Source of the DNA: Alphaproteobacteria bacterium
Lineage (GTDB): Bacteria > Pseudomonadota > Alphaproteobacteria > GCA-2731375
Assembly (NCBI GenBank): GCA_965225945.1
Contig: CBDDBZ010000038.1
Location: 32,001-96,000, forward strand
DNA: 64,000 bases
Direction of reading: 5' to 3'
Both the position numbers and the translations under genes were made by a program. The notes below the pieces were generated by a model that worked only from the letters and a program-made list of their open reading frames with translations, was not told where the DNA came from and ran no database searches. Shown here in pieces: positions 40,143-52,773 of the stretch; the stretch's first letter is position 1, and the number at the start of each line of letters is the position of its first letter.

Positions 40143-41375
40143 TTACGCGGTGGTGTCGTGCCCACGCGAGCTGAAGCGGATGGGAAGTGCCGAGAGCCCG
40201 CGCAGAACCAGACTGTCGATCCGAGCGGGGCCGTCGAGGTCGCATTCGATCTCGCCCAGCCGCTCGACGATGCGGGCGAGCGCGATCCGCCCCTCGAGCC
40301 GGGCGAGCGGGGCGCCGAGACAGAAGTGGATGCCATGGCCGAAGCCGATCTGGCGGTTGGGCCGGCGGGTGATGTCGAATTCCTCGGCGTTCTCGAAGGC
40401 GCGGGGATCGCGGTTGGCGGCGTTCAGCATGGCGAAAATCCTGGCGCCTTCCGGAATCGTCCGGCCGGCGATTTCGATTTGCTCGGTGGCGATCCGGACC
40501 ATCGCGTTGATCGGGCCATCGTAGCGCAGCACCTCCTCGACGCAGTGTTCCGCCAACGACGGCTCGGCGACGAGGCGCGCCATCTGCTCGGGATGGCGCG
40601 TCAGGTGCCAGAGGCCGCTTCCCAACAGGTTGGTCGTGGTCTCGTGCCCGGCGAACAGCAGGAACATGCAGGAGGCCGCGAGCTCCGCCTCGTCCAGGCC
40701 ATCCTCGGCGCCCTCGCGTCGCAGCAGCTCGCTGATCAGGTCGTCCTCGGGCGAACTCCGCCGGGCTCGGATCAGCGTGGCGAAGTAGGCGTTCATCTCC
40801 GCCGTGGCGCGTTCGGCACGGGCGTATTTGTCCGGCGTCGCCTGCGCGCTACCGACGAAGAGCGCGAGATCGTCCGACCATGTCTTGAAGCGATCGAGAT
40901 CCTCCAGCGACACGCCCAGCATCACCATCACGACGGAGGCAGGGAGGGGGTAGGCGAAGTCGGCGATGAATTCCATTTCTCCCCTGCCAGCCGTCGAATC
41001 GAGCAGGCCGTCGACGATCTCGGCGACCCGTCGTTCCATCCGCACCAGGGCCCGCGAGGTGAAGCCGGGCGCCAGCAGTCGGCGTAGGCGGGTGTGCGGC
41101 GGCGGATCGAGGAAGACCGACCAGCGGCCGAGCGAGGCCTCGAGGTTCCGCACGCGCGCCCGCTCCTCCGCCGGCAGTTGGGCGAAGAAGGGGCCGAGCC
41201 GGTCGGCCGAGAAGCGGGGATCGTTCAACACCCGCCGGCAATCCTCGTAGCGGGTCACGATCCAGCCCCGAAGCGGCGGGCACCAGTGCACCGGGTCCTC
41301 GTCCTGGAGCCGGCGGTAGACGGGGAAGGGATCGTGGAGGATTGCCGGGTCCCGGGGATCGTAGCTGACACTCAT
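40143..41375 (-). CDS. Cytochrome P450
   Basis: AGHETT, EEVLR, FGHGIHFCLG. Confidence 0.95.
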   Translation of the reverse strand: MSVSYDPRDPAILHDPFPVYRRLQDEDPVHWCPPLRGWIVTRYEDCRRVLNDPRFSADRLGPFFAQLPAEERARVRNLEASLGRWSVFLDPPPHTRLRRLLAPGFTSRALVRMERRVAEIVDGLLDSTAGRGEMEFIADFAYPLPASVVMVMLGVSLEDLDRFKTWSDDLALFVGSAQATPDKYARAERATAEMNAYFATLIRARRSSPEDDLISELLRREGAEDGLDEAELAASCMFLLFAGHETTTNLLGSGLWHLTRHPEQMARLVAEPSLAEHCVEEVLRYDGPINAMVRIATEQIEIAGRTIPEGARIFAMLNAANRDPRAFENAEEFDITRRPNRQIGFGHGIHFCLGAPLARLEGRIALARIVERLGEIECDLDGPARIDSLVLRGLSALPIRFSSRGHDTTA

Positions 41376-41684
41376 CTTTGTCCTGCCTCGCCCATACGCT
41401 CGACGGCGCCCGCTTAGCACACCCGCCGGTTCGGGAACAACCGTATGTCGGGGAGTAGATGCGAGGCATGAGTTGGCGAAGTGCTTACCCATCGGCACGG
41501 CGAGCCGCGCGGGCTCCGGCGCCTCGAAGGCGCGCATTCCGCCCGAAACCGGCGGCCGGGAGGAAGCCGCGATGCCGGTGGCCCGTGCGAGGTCGGGGTA
41601 TCAGGTGCGGTGATCGGGGCTGTGTCGCTTGCGTGATGTTCCGCTCTCGTCGCAAAGCCTCGACCCGGTCCAATAAAATCGATA

Positions 41685-44551
<2,867 letters not shown>

Positions 44552-44679
44552 TCTCAGCGGAAAGGTCTTTGGGGGCTTCTAGAGCGCAGCCGCGACTGGG
44601 CATCGGGCGATCAGGATTGAGTGGCGGGTTCCTCGCGTTACCGGTTGACCCGATCTCAATGGCGATGACCTGCTCCCTT

Positions 44680-46130
44680 GGCGATGTCCCGCCCAATGTT
44701 GAAAAGTGCGAGATAGGCATCGTCTGATCGAGAGGCTACGCGGCCACCTCGATGTCTTCAATGACGGACTTTGCTCCGGCCTTTCTCACCGCCTCCCGCA
44801 GGGCGGCGTCAAGGACGGGGAGCTGGCGGTAGGCCTTGAGGCGGCGGAAGGTCTTTTGCGCCTCCAAGAGGCCGGCGGCGGTCCAACGCAGCGCCATCTC
44901 GGCGTTGCGCCAGCGCTTGACGTTCCGCTGCACCGTCCGGACGGTGCCGATCGCGTTCTCGATGGCGTTGGTGCAAGCCAGCGAGTGTCGAAGTTGCGGC
45001 GGGAGGCCGAGCCGGATCACGGTCAGGATCTCGTCCAGGCCCTCCAGGATCGAGCCCGAGACGCCGGGTGCGTCATGCTCCAGACGGCGGGCGAGGTTGC
45101 GCAAGAGCCGTTCGGCCTTGGCCGCGTCGTCCTGCTGCCAGGCCTGCCGCAAGACCTTCCTGACGCCGGCATGGAGGCTCTCGTCCAGCCGGTCCGTGAT
45201 GTTGCGCCCCTTGTGCACCTGGCAGCGCTGGAGGGCCGCCGCCCGCCCGAAGGTCCGCCGGATCGCCTTCGAGAGCGCCTTGGCGCCGTCGACGATGTAG
45301 AGCCGAGGCCGTTCGGGATCGAGACCGCGCTCGATCAGGTTGTCGAGCATGGCTTGCACCGTGGCCGCGTTCTCCGTCGCGCCCTCGGCCAGGCCCAGCA
45401 CGTGCTTCGCGCCGCCGGTGTCGATGCCGATCGCCGCCACCATCAGGTGATCGCCGACATGGAGCCCGTCGATCTGGAGCACCACGAGATCGAGATCGTC
45501 GAGCGGGCTCGCCAGCCAGGCCTTCAGCTTGCTTCGCGTCAACGCCACGAAACGGCGCGAGACCGCCGACTTCGAGGTTGCGTCACCCGATGCCGCCGGC
45601 AGATCGCCGCCCGCATCGTCCGGCAGGCGCACCGCGCGGGCATACTTGCGGGTCGAGACGTTGATCACCATCAGATTCATCGCCCAGGCTTGCAAGAGTT
45701 CGGGTTCCGACAGCAGCTCCCAACTCGGCAGGCTCATCTCCCGACCCGCGAAGTCCCGCACCCGAGGGCGCTCGACCTTCACTTTGCCGCCGTGGTAGGC
45801 GATCTCGCTCCGGGTCGTGCCCCATCGATGGCCCTTGCGCTCGCCCGAGCGGGCGTGGCGCGAACCGCACAAGGCTTCCGCGTCCGCCGACATCATCTCG
45901 TTCAAAGACTCGAGGCCCGCCAAAAGGCAGAAGCGATCGACGCTCATGCGCAGATCGTCGAAGGCCTCCGGCATCGATGGCAAGAGCCGACAGGATGGTT
46001 CCGAGGAACGGTCGTTGCGTGTAGTCTTGGTCATGGCGTCGTTCTCCTTGATGGAATCAGCACCCAGAGCCTAGCGGCTCCAGGCGGACGACGCCTACTT
46101 CAGCTTTTCAACAGAGCCCGGGACATCCCC
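44680..46130 (-). mobile_element. IS256-family element (1451 bp)
   Basis: Inverted repeats GG(C/G)GATGTCCCG-N5-TGTTGAAAAG; 8-bp duplication GCTCCCTT at 44672-44679 and 46131-46138. Confidence 0.93.
44736..46034 (-). CDS. IS256 transposase
   Basis: LQIDG, IVDGAKAL, QRCQVHK.RN, TNAIE. Confidence 0.93.
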   Translation of the reverse strand: MTKTTRNDRSSEPSCRLLPSMPEAFDDLRMSVDRFCLLAGLESLNEMMSADAEALCGSRHARSGERKGHRWGTTRSEIAYHGGKVKVERPRVRDFAGREMSLPSWELLSEPELLQAWAMNLMVINVSTRKYARAVRLPDDAGGDLPAASGDATSKSAVSRRFVALTRSKLKAWLASPLDDLDLVVLQIDGLHVGDHLMVAAIGIDTGGAKHVLGLAEGATENAATVQAMLDNLIERGLDPERPRLYIVDGAKALSKAIRRTFGRAAALQRCQVHKGRNITDRLDESLHAGVRKVLRQAWQQDDAAKAERLLRNLARRLEHDAPGVSGSILEGLDEILTVIRLGLPPQLRHSLACTNAIENAIGTVRTVQRNVKRWRNAEMALRWTAAGLLEAQKTFRRLKAYRQLPVLDAALREAVRKAGAKSVIEDIEVAA

Positions 46131-46189
46131 GCTCCCTTCGCTCCAGCCCCATTACAGGGCCTTCATCACGACTACGAAGCAGTCCGCCC

Positions 46190-46252
46190 CTAGTGGATAG
46201 AATCCAACATCTGGTACCCCTACGATCCCCTATCCTGGATTTTATCCACTAG
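46190..46252. mobile_element. 55-bp MITE-like element with CTAG duplication
   Basis: CTAG-TGGATAGAATCCA ... TGGATTTTATCCA-CTAG. Confidence 0.75.
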
Positions 46253-46421
46253 CCGGCGCATCGGTACTTTCGGCCTCGTGGATTAGCCACTTGTGCTTTT
46301 TTTCCCTTGGCATCGCCGGTCAGGTTCTCACGTTCCGTACTAGAGCCTGGTTGAGCTTCGCGCCACCTACACGCCGGATGTCGCTCGGGCAGTATCAGGT
46401 CATTCCCCAAACTGATCCCGG

Positions 46422-46916
46422 ATCAATCCAGCAGTCACCTTCGGGGCATTCATCACCGGCAAGATCAGTTTGATAAAGGGGCTCATGTATGTGGTGGCCC
46501 AAATCGTCGGAGCCGTCGTCGGCGCCCTGTTGTTGGCGGCGGCTATACCAGAGGCTGCACAAGGCAACCTTGGTGCCCATGGCCTCGGTCCCGACGTCAC
46601 TGTGGGCGGCGGTATGATCGCCGAAATTGTTCTCACCTTTGTCCTGGTGTTCGTCGTCTTTGCGACGGCGATGGACCCAAAAGGGCTAGCTCATCTTGCG
46701 CCAATTGCGATCGGCATTGCCTTCCTGGTCGACCACCTCCTTGGCGTGCCCCTTACCGGCGCCTCGATGAACCCGGCCCGGAGCTTTGGTCCTGCCTTGA
46801 TCGCGGGAGCCTGGGAGAACCACTGGATCTTCTGGGTCGGTCCCTTGATCGGAGGTGGCGGGGCCACCCTGGTATACGAGCTCGTCTTTCTTCGCGGAAA
46901 CGAAACGGCCGAGTAA
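46422..46916 (+). pseudogene. Aquaporin (MIP), 5'-truncated
   Basis: Begins abruptly at INPAVT (NPA1); second motif SMNPARSFG. Confidence 0.85.
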
Positions 46917-46987
46917 GGGTCTATGAGCGCCGCCGACGAGGACCGCCGACGAGGACCAGGGAATAGCCCCGCGCGAGCTTTAGATTT

Positions 46988-48012
46988 GGCTCAATTCGTG
47001 AATTGTATGCGTCACCTTGTTACGGCGGCGGCGAGGCAGGCTCGGTCATTGGCGCCGGGGGCGAGGCCGACGAGGTGGAACCAGCTCAGGTAGTTGTCCA
47101 GATAGCGGGTGGCGATGCCGCGGCGGGGACGCAGGAAGTCCTTCAACCGGCTGTGGCGGCTGTTCACCGTCTGCACATGCAGATCGCCCCGAACCCGTTC
47201 CCCCATCGAGCGGTTGAGTGCTTCGTGGCTCACCCCGAGCGCGGCGGCGCACGGTGGGTAGCTCGCGCCGCCGTCGGAGACCAGCAGGGCGTCCTTCGCG
47301 ACCACCGGGTCGAGGGCAGCCGTGAGCGCCGCCGCATCGACCCTGGGCAGCACCGCGCTGACCGTCGTTCCGCTCCGGTCCGCCGCCATGAGAACCGGTA
47401 CCTGCTCGCGCGAGAGGCCGCGCTTCTTCGCCTTGCCGCCCCGCCGCCGTGCCTTGCGCCCCAGCCCGCGCGCGCCCTTCCGGCTCTCCAGGACGTAGGT
47501 CTCGTCCGCTTCCACGATCCCCTTGAGCACCTCCGAATCGCTCCGCGCCGCCGCCAGAAACCGGTGACGCCAGCGGAACGCCGTGCTCACCGCCACGTCG
47601 CAGCGCGCCGCCGACGCCTTCACCGTCTCCCCCTTCGCCAGCGACGCCCCGAACGACAGCCAGCGTTCCTTGTGGTGCAAGCCCGACAGCGGCGTACCGC
47701 TCAGCGCGTTGAAGGTCCTGCCGCAGCCCTTGCACTGGTAGCGCCGCAGACCCCGCGCCATACCGCGCGAAACCGCCCCTTCGCTCGCGCAGTGCGGACA
47801 GCGCCGGGCCTCGTCCACACCAAGCTCGATCGCGGCCTTCGATGCCTCGCCCTCGCTCCGGCCCGACAGCACCGCGAGCGCCTCGCGCCGCTGCGCGCGC
47901 GTCAGCCCGCGCGCCGCCGAAAGCCACACCTGGAAACCCTTGCCGTCCATAACCCAACCTCCTGACGTTCCAGGCACTCTATCACTAATGCATACAATTC
48001 ACGAATTGAGCC
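46988..48012 (-). mobile_element. IS1595-family element (1025 bp)
   Basis: Perfect 23-bp inverted repeats GGCTCAATTCGTGAATTGTATGC; 8-bp duplication TTAGATTT. Confidence 0.95.
47012..47950 (-). CDS. IS1595 transposase
   Basis: CPHC/CKGC, VEADETY, VSDG, HVQTVN, GIATRYL. Confidence 0.92.
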   Translation of the reverse strand: MDGKGFQVWLSAARGLTRAQRREALAVLSGRSEGEASKAAIELGVDEARRCPHCASEGAVSRGMARGLRRYQCKGCGRTFNALSGTPLSGLHHKERWLSFGASLAKGETVKASAARCDVAVSTAFRWRHRFLAAARSDSEVLKGIVEADETYVLESRKGARGLGRKARRRGGKAKKRGLSREQVPVLMAADRSGTTVSAVLPRVDAAALTAALDPVVAKDALLVSDGGASYPPCAAALGVSHEALNRSMGERVRGDLHVQTVNSRHSRLKDFLRPRRGIATRYLDNYLSWFHLVGLAPGANDRACLAAAVTR

Positions 48013-48081
48013 TTAGATTTTGCCTCGATACCGGCCTCGTTTGGGTCGTTCCGTCGACCCAGGCTACGGGTCGAGTGCGCT

Positions 48082-48366
48082 TTGCGGTCGACCGCCGCGG
48101 GCGAGACCGGGCATGCGCACGGCCTTCTCGACTTCCTCGCCGAGGTCGGTGACCCGGTGACGGGCAAGGCGATAGGCACGACCGCCGACGACCTCGAGAC
48201 GGCGATCACCAGTGAGACGCACGATTACACCGACATGTACCCTGGCATGGCGCGCGCCGCGCGCGACGAGGGGTTCGACGAGAGCGCCGAGGGGTTCGAG
48301 ACCCTGGCGAAGGCGGAGAAGTCGCACGCCAGGCGCTTCCAGAAGGCGCTCGACACGCTCGATCAA
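48082..48366 (+). pseudogene. Rubrerythrin remnant (5'-truncated)
   Basis: [40 protein letters not shown]. Confidence 0.8.
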
Positions 48367-48837
48367 GCGTACCCTTTACGGGGTTGCCCTGTGCGGGCAC
48401 CGAAGGGTTTGGGCGCACCGGCTTTGAAGGCGCCGAGACTGCCCATGTCCGTGCTCCCTGGATGGCGGAAAATCTGGACAAATGGCCCACCAAACGAGGG
48501 CCGATCTCCAAAATTAGGCCATCGAACTCATCTTGAGCGGCCAGCCGATCCTCCAGTCGGGTTGAGCAGTTACTCGATGTTTTCGTGCAACTGGAGCACC
48601 AAGCCATCGACCCGTCCGCCCGAGCGCTTGATTAGCGAAGCGTATTCCGAACGCAGTTGTGAGCGCCATGCCGACACCCTCGGCGCCGCCGATGATGCGG
48701 ATACGGGAGCGTTCGTTCATCGGCCCGTAGTTACGATCAAGCCACCGGCGCGGTCAAACACAAAGATGGGCTGGCCGGCGGTATTCGGGGCGGCGGGGGC
48801 CAGATTCCACTCCGGGGCCGGAATCGCGGCCGGAAAC

Positions 48838-50417
48838 CTCACCACCCATCAATTTCTCCAGACTTCCCAGAGGGGCGGGAGGGGGATGAGTCGCTGGAGG
48901 CAGGTCTGGATGCGGCGGATGCCACGTTTGAACAGCGATGTCAGGCTGCGTAGCAGGTTGCGGGGTCGCTTTTCCGGCGGTTTTTTCGCCCGGGGTGGCC
49001 TTGTTGACCACGTCCCACATGCCGACGGACACGGCCCAGAACAGCGCCAGCGCCATGACCAGGATAAGGCGACCCAAGCGGTCGGTGCGTTGGATGTGGC
49101 TGTCCTCAATACCGAAGCCTCGGGTTTTGAAGTCGGAGAACATGGGTTCAATGCCCCACCGGAGCCCGTAATCGAAGGCCCGATGTTTGGTGGGGGCTTC
49201 GGACAGCGCGATGATCCAGGGCTCCGGGTGGCCCGCCTCGTGCACCATGGCGACGTTGGTGGCGACCCGCTTCTCGGTGAGGTCGATGCCGGTGAGCATG
49301 TGCTCGCCCCGGGCGAAACACTCGGCCAGGGTGGTCTCCCCACCGTCCTCGAACACCAACAGGTGCTGCTTGAGCCGCAAGCGCCAGTCCCAGCCCTGGT
49401 CCCGGCACCAGGCGATCAAGGCGGGCGAACCGTAGAAACGGTCGCCCATCAGCACAGGCTTGGCGCTGGCGGGCAGCAACGCCACGACCGCCTCCAATGC
49501 CTCGCGCTGCTCGCCAAAGCCGATCGCCCCTCGGGTCTCCTTGATCCGCCATGACAGCGGCAACGCCCGCCCGGCGATCCGCACCGCCACCATCACCGCC
49601 TGATGGCGGGCCGTCAACTGGGTCTGGTCCATGATCAGGACAATTTGTTGCCCGCCTGCCCCGACCCGCGCCAGAACGTCGCGTCCGTAAGGCGCCATCA
49701 CCGCGTCGACCTCGATCAAGTCGTTGCCCAAAAGCCGGCTGATCCACTGATAGCGCATGTCCAGCCGTTCTGCCGCACGCGGCAGGCGCGCGGCAGGGAC
49801 GCCGCCAAGTCCATCAGGTTCTCTGCCGCGCGCGGCAGGCCATCAGGTTCTCTGCCGCGCGCGGCAGGTCCATCAGGTTCTCTGCCGCGCGCGGCAGGGA
49901 CGCCGCCAAGTCCATCAGGTTCGCGGTCCAGCATCGTCGCCACCAAAAGCGACAGTCCCTCGCGCTGCTTCTTGTTCTGCCCGGCAAGACGTCAGCATCT
50001 CGATACCAACCAACTCCGCCTGTCGGATCATCAAGTTCTCTGCCGCGCGCGGCAGGTCCATCAGGTTCTCTGCCGCGCGCGGCAGGCGCGATCACGCCGC
50101 CAAGTCCATCAGGTTGCGGGGCAGGTGACGCTCTGCCGCGCCGGCAACGTCAGCGAGGTGAGGCTCCAGCATCGTCGCCGCGGCAGGGAAAGTCCATCAG
50201 GTTCGCGCTCCGAACGTCCAGCATCGTCGCCACCAAAAGCGACAGTCCCTCGCGCTGCTTCTTGTTCTGCCCGGCAAGACGCCCCAGCATGTCCTCACCG
50301 ATCGTCCCCGACAGCATCTCGATACCAACCATCCGTCGAACTCCGCCTGTGAAAAGGGCGGATTCCTTGAATCACATCAAGATTCTACAAGGCAAGCAAA
50401 ATCTGATGGGTGGTAAG
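48838..50417 (-). mobile_element. IS4-like (DDE_Tnp_1) element; transposase (50332 to about 48849) disrupted by scrambled duplications
   Basis: Inverted repeats CT(C/T)ACCACCCATCA; 9-bp duplication GCCGGAAAC; IMDQT, MGDRFY, YGLRWGIEPMFSDFK. Confidence 0.88.
49770..50204. repeat. Irregular tandem copies of an approximately 30-bp unit containing the palindrome CTGCCGCGCGCGGCAG
   Basis: At least 5 exact palindrome copies plus a partial duplication of 50217-50350. Confidence 0.85.
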
Positions 50418-52034
50418 GCCGGAAACCCCCGCCGCTTGACTTGCCGGGACAGCGGGGCCATAGTTGTGATTCGGCCCGAACCACTAGCGCCCACTCGGGA
50501 GCCCCGAATTGCCCGCTGCCCCGTCCGCCGGTCCCCACGCATCCTGGCTGGCCGGGGCGATGATCCAGGCGGCGCAACTGCACCGCGGGGGCCGTCTGGC
50601 CGAGGCGATCGCCGTTTACCGCCGGGTGATCAAGGCAACGCCGAAGACGGCGGAGGCGCACGACAACCTGGCCGTCGCCCTGCGCGCCGCCAGGCGGCCG
50701 CGGGAGGCGGTCGCCAGCTATCGCCGCGCCGTCAAGCTGCGCCCCCTACGCCATCGCCCAGTCCAACCTGGGGGCGCTGCTGGTCGGGCTGGGCAAGACC
50801 GAAGAGGGACTGGAGCACCTTGCCGGCGCCTATATGCATGCCGCCGGCGGCCCGGTGGCGCGCGATCGCCTGCTCGCCAACCTGGCGCCGCTGGCGCTGC
50901 CGCGCGCCGGTTCGCGGCTGCGCCGCGCCCTGGAGCGCCTGGCCGCCGATCCGGAGATCGACCCGCAGCGCCTGGCCCAACCCGGCGTCGCCCTGTTGCG
51001 GCGGCAGCCACCGGTGGCGAAGCTGCTGGAGCAACTGGCGGCGGACAGCACCGCCGCGCTGGTCGCCGGGACGCTGCCGCGCGGCCTCTATGAGGCGCTC
51101 GCCGCACCCTTGCCGCTCGTGCTGCTGAGCGACGCGCTGATCGCCGATGCCGGGATCGAGGCGCTGCTGGTGGCGCTGCGGCGACTGTGGCTGGCGCAGG
51201 CCTGCGGCGCCGCGGACGGAGCGCCGCCGCCGCACGGGCTGTTCGCCGCCGTCGCGTTGCAGGCGGCGGCCGGCGAGTGGGTCTGGCCGGAAAGCGCGCC
51301 GGAGCGTGACCAGGTGGACCTGCTGGCCGGGCGCCTGGCCGCCCGTGGCGGGAACGCGGCGCTCGACGAGACGCTGCTCGCCCATGCCCTCTACCGACCG
51401 CTGGAGACCCTGCCGGAGGCGCAGACAGCGGCGCTGCGCGAGCTGGGCGGGACATTGCCGGCGGGACCGGCCCGCGATCTGCTCGCGCGCCACCTGACGG
51501 AGCCGCGCGAGGAGGCCACCCTAGCCGCCGCGCTGCCGCGGCTGACCGAGGTCGCTGACGCCACTTCGCGGCGGGTGCAGGCGCAGTACGAGGAGAACGC
51601 CTACCCGCGCTGGCGGCGGCTGACCCGGCGCCCGGCGCGGCCGCTGGCCGAGGTGCTGCGTGAACAGTTGCCGGGCGCGCCGCTGGCGGTGCCGCTGGCC
51701 GAGGCGCCCCGCGTGCTGGTCGCCGGCTGCGGCACCGGCCACCACGCGCTGGCCACCGCCACCCGCTTTGCCGGCGCCCGGGTGCTGGCAATCGACCTCA
51801 GCCGCGCCGCGCTCGGCTTCGCCGCCCGCCAGGCGCGCGACCTCGGTATCGGGGGTATCGAGTTCGCGCAGGCCGATATCCTCGGCCTCGCGGCGCTGGA
51901 GCAGCGCTTCGACCTGATCGAATGCTCCGGCTGTCGGTGGCGATGAAAAACCGCGCTTAGATGGTGATTTCAGCGACATCGGGCATCGTGGCGCTGTAGC
52001 TGCGTGGTTTGCAGGCGGGAGTTGGCTCGGCGCA

Positions 52035-52102
52035 GCGGTGGGTAAGTAGCCCGCCGCAGCGACCGCCAAGAGTCTGGCGGCGGCGGGCTGCTTATCCACC
52101 GC
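52035..52102 (+). other. Long hairpin (23-bp stem with two G-U pairs plus 5-bp inner stem)
   Basis: GCGGTGGGTAAGTAGCCCGCCGC pairs with GCGGCGGGCTGCTTATCCACCGC. Confidence 0.75.
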
Positions 52103-52156
52103 GGGCGGGCGTCTCGATTCCTGTTTTGGCTGGCTGGCGGCGGCGGTTCCGCGGAC

Positions 52157-52184
52157 CTGACAAGGGGAGCCGCGGGAGTACACT
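52157..52184 (+). promoter_or_regulatory. Putative sigma70 promoter CTGACA-N16-TACACT
   Basis: Near-consensus -35/-10 pointing into the element operon. Confidence 0.5.
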
Positions 52185-52187
52185 CGG

Positions 52188-52326
52188 GCCGCTGAGAACG
52201 ATGCGGCGCCGGCCCCGTTTGCTTGCTGGCAACGACCGGCACCGCACCCCCCGAGCCATGCAAGGCACGACCCATATGCGCAGTATCGTGCGGGTTTGGG
52301 CGTGGGTCCACCCCGTTCTCATCGGC
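52188..52326 (+). ncRNA. Putative structured RNA or 5' leader (three-way junction)
   Basis: Stems TGAGAACG/CGTTCTCA, TGCGGCGCCGG/CCGGCACCGCA, CCCGAGCC/GGTTTGGG, GCACGA/TCGTGC. Confidence 0.5.
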
Positions 52327-52332
52327 TGCGCG

Positions 52333-52773
52333 ATGAAGAACACCGCCCGCCTGTTCAACTGCGCCTCGTGCCATCAACAGGTGGTTCTCTGCCGGCACTG
52401 CGACCACGGCAACATCTACTGTTCACGGAGCTGCAGCGATCGGGTGCGCCGGCGATCGCAGCGCCATGCCGGGCAGCGCTACCAGAACAGCCGGCGGGGC
52501 CGTCACAAGCATGCTGAGCGCCAGCGGCGCTATCGCGAACGCCGGCGGCGCCGGACGCCGGTGAATCGGCGCCGCGGGCAGGAAGTGACGCATCACCCTT
52601 TGACCGCCGCGCGGCGGCGTCCTGTTGTGGCGCGGACGCCGGCAGGGCGTCCCGGAACACGGCCCTTCGGGCACGAGCGGCCCGCCAGGGTCTTCCGCTG
52701 CGATCGCTGCGGCCGGTTCTGCGGGCAGGCGGTCTATCCGGGGCTGCGCCCGACGGGAAAGGGGGTGAGATGA
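52333..52773 (+). CDS. Cys-rich Zn-finger, Arg-rich hypothetical protein (IS21 accessory)
   Basis: CASC, CRHC, CSRSC, CDRC..C; basic helix; ATGA overlap with istA. Confidence 0.75.
   Translation: MKNTARLFNCASCHQQVVLCRHCDHGNIYCSRSCSDRVRRRSQRHAGQRYQNSRRGRHKHAERQRRYRERRRRRTPVNRRRGQEVTHHPLTAARRRPVVARTPAGRPGTRPFGHERPARVFRCDRCGRFCGQAVYPGLRPTGKGVR

Larger units (their letters stand above)
44620..46421 (-). ncRNA. Group II intron ribozyme remnant (about DI-DIII, no RT ORF), interrupted by IS256 and a mini-element
   Basis: After removing insertions the + strand reads ..CCCTTCGCTCCAGCCCCATTACAGGGCCTTCATCACGACTACG..CAGGTTCTCACGTTCCGTAC..AGCCTGGTTGAGCTTCGCGCC.., recognised from memory as antisense group II intron sequence. 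Confidence 0.7.

Noticed and set aside
41376-41684. tRNA, att site or riboswitch at the island's left boundary
   Set aside because: None recognised, and no integrase is present in the window.
46931-46957. Tandem GCCGACGAGGACC twice
   Set aside because: Too short to interpret.
48400-48830. Possible gene fragments between the rubrerythrin remnant and the IS4-like element
   Set aside because: No motif could be recognised.
48082-49554. 490-aa rubrerythrin fusion ORF
   Set aside because: Read-through from a remnant into the antisense strand of an IS.
49770-50204. CRISPR-like array of about 30-bp palindromic units
   Set aside because: No unique spacers, units derive from transposase coding sequence, and no cas genes are present.
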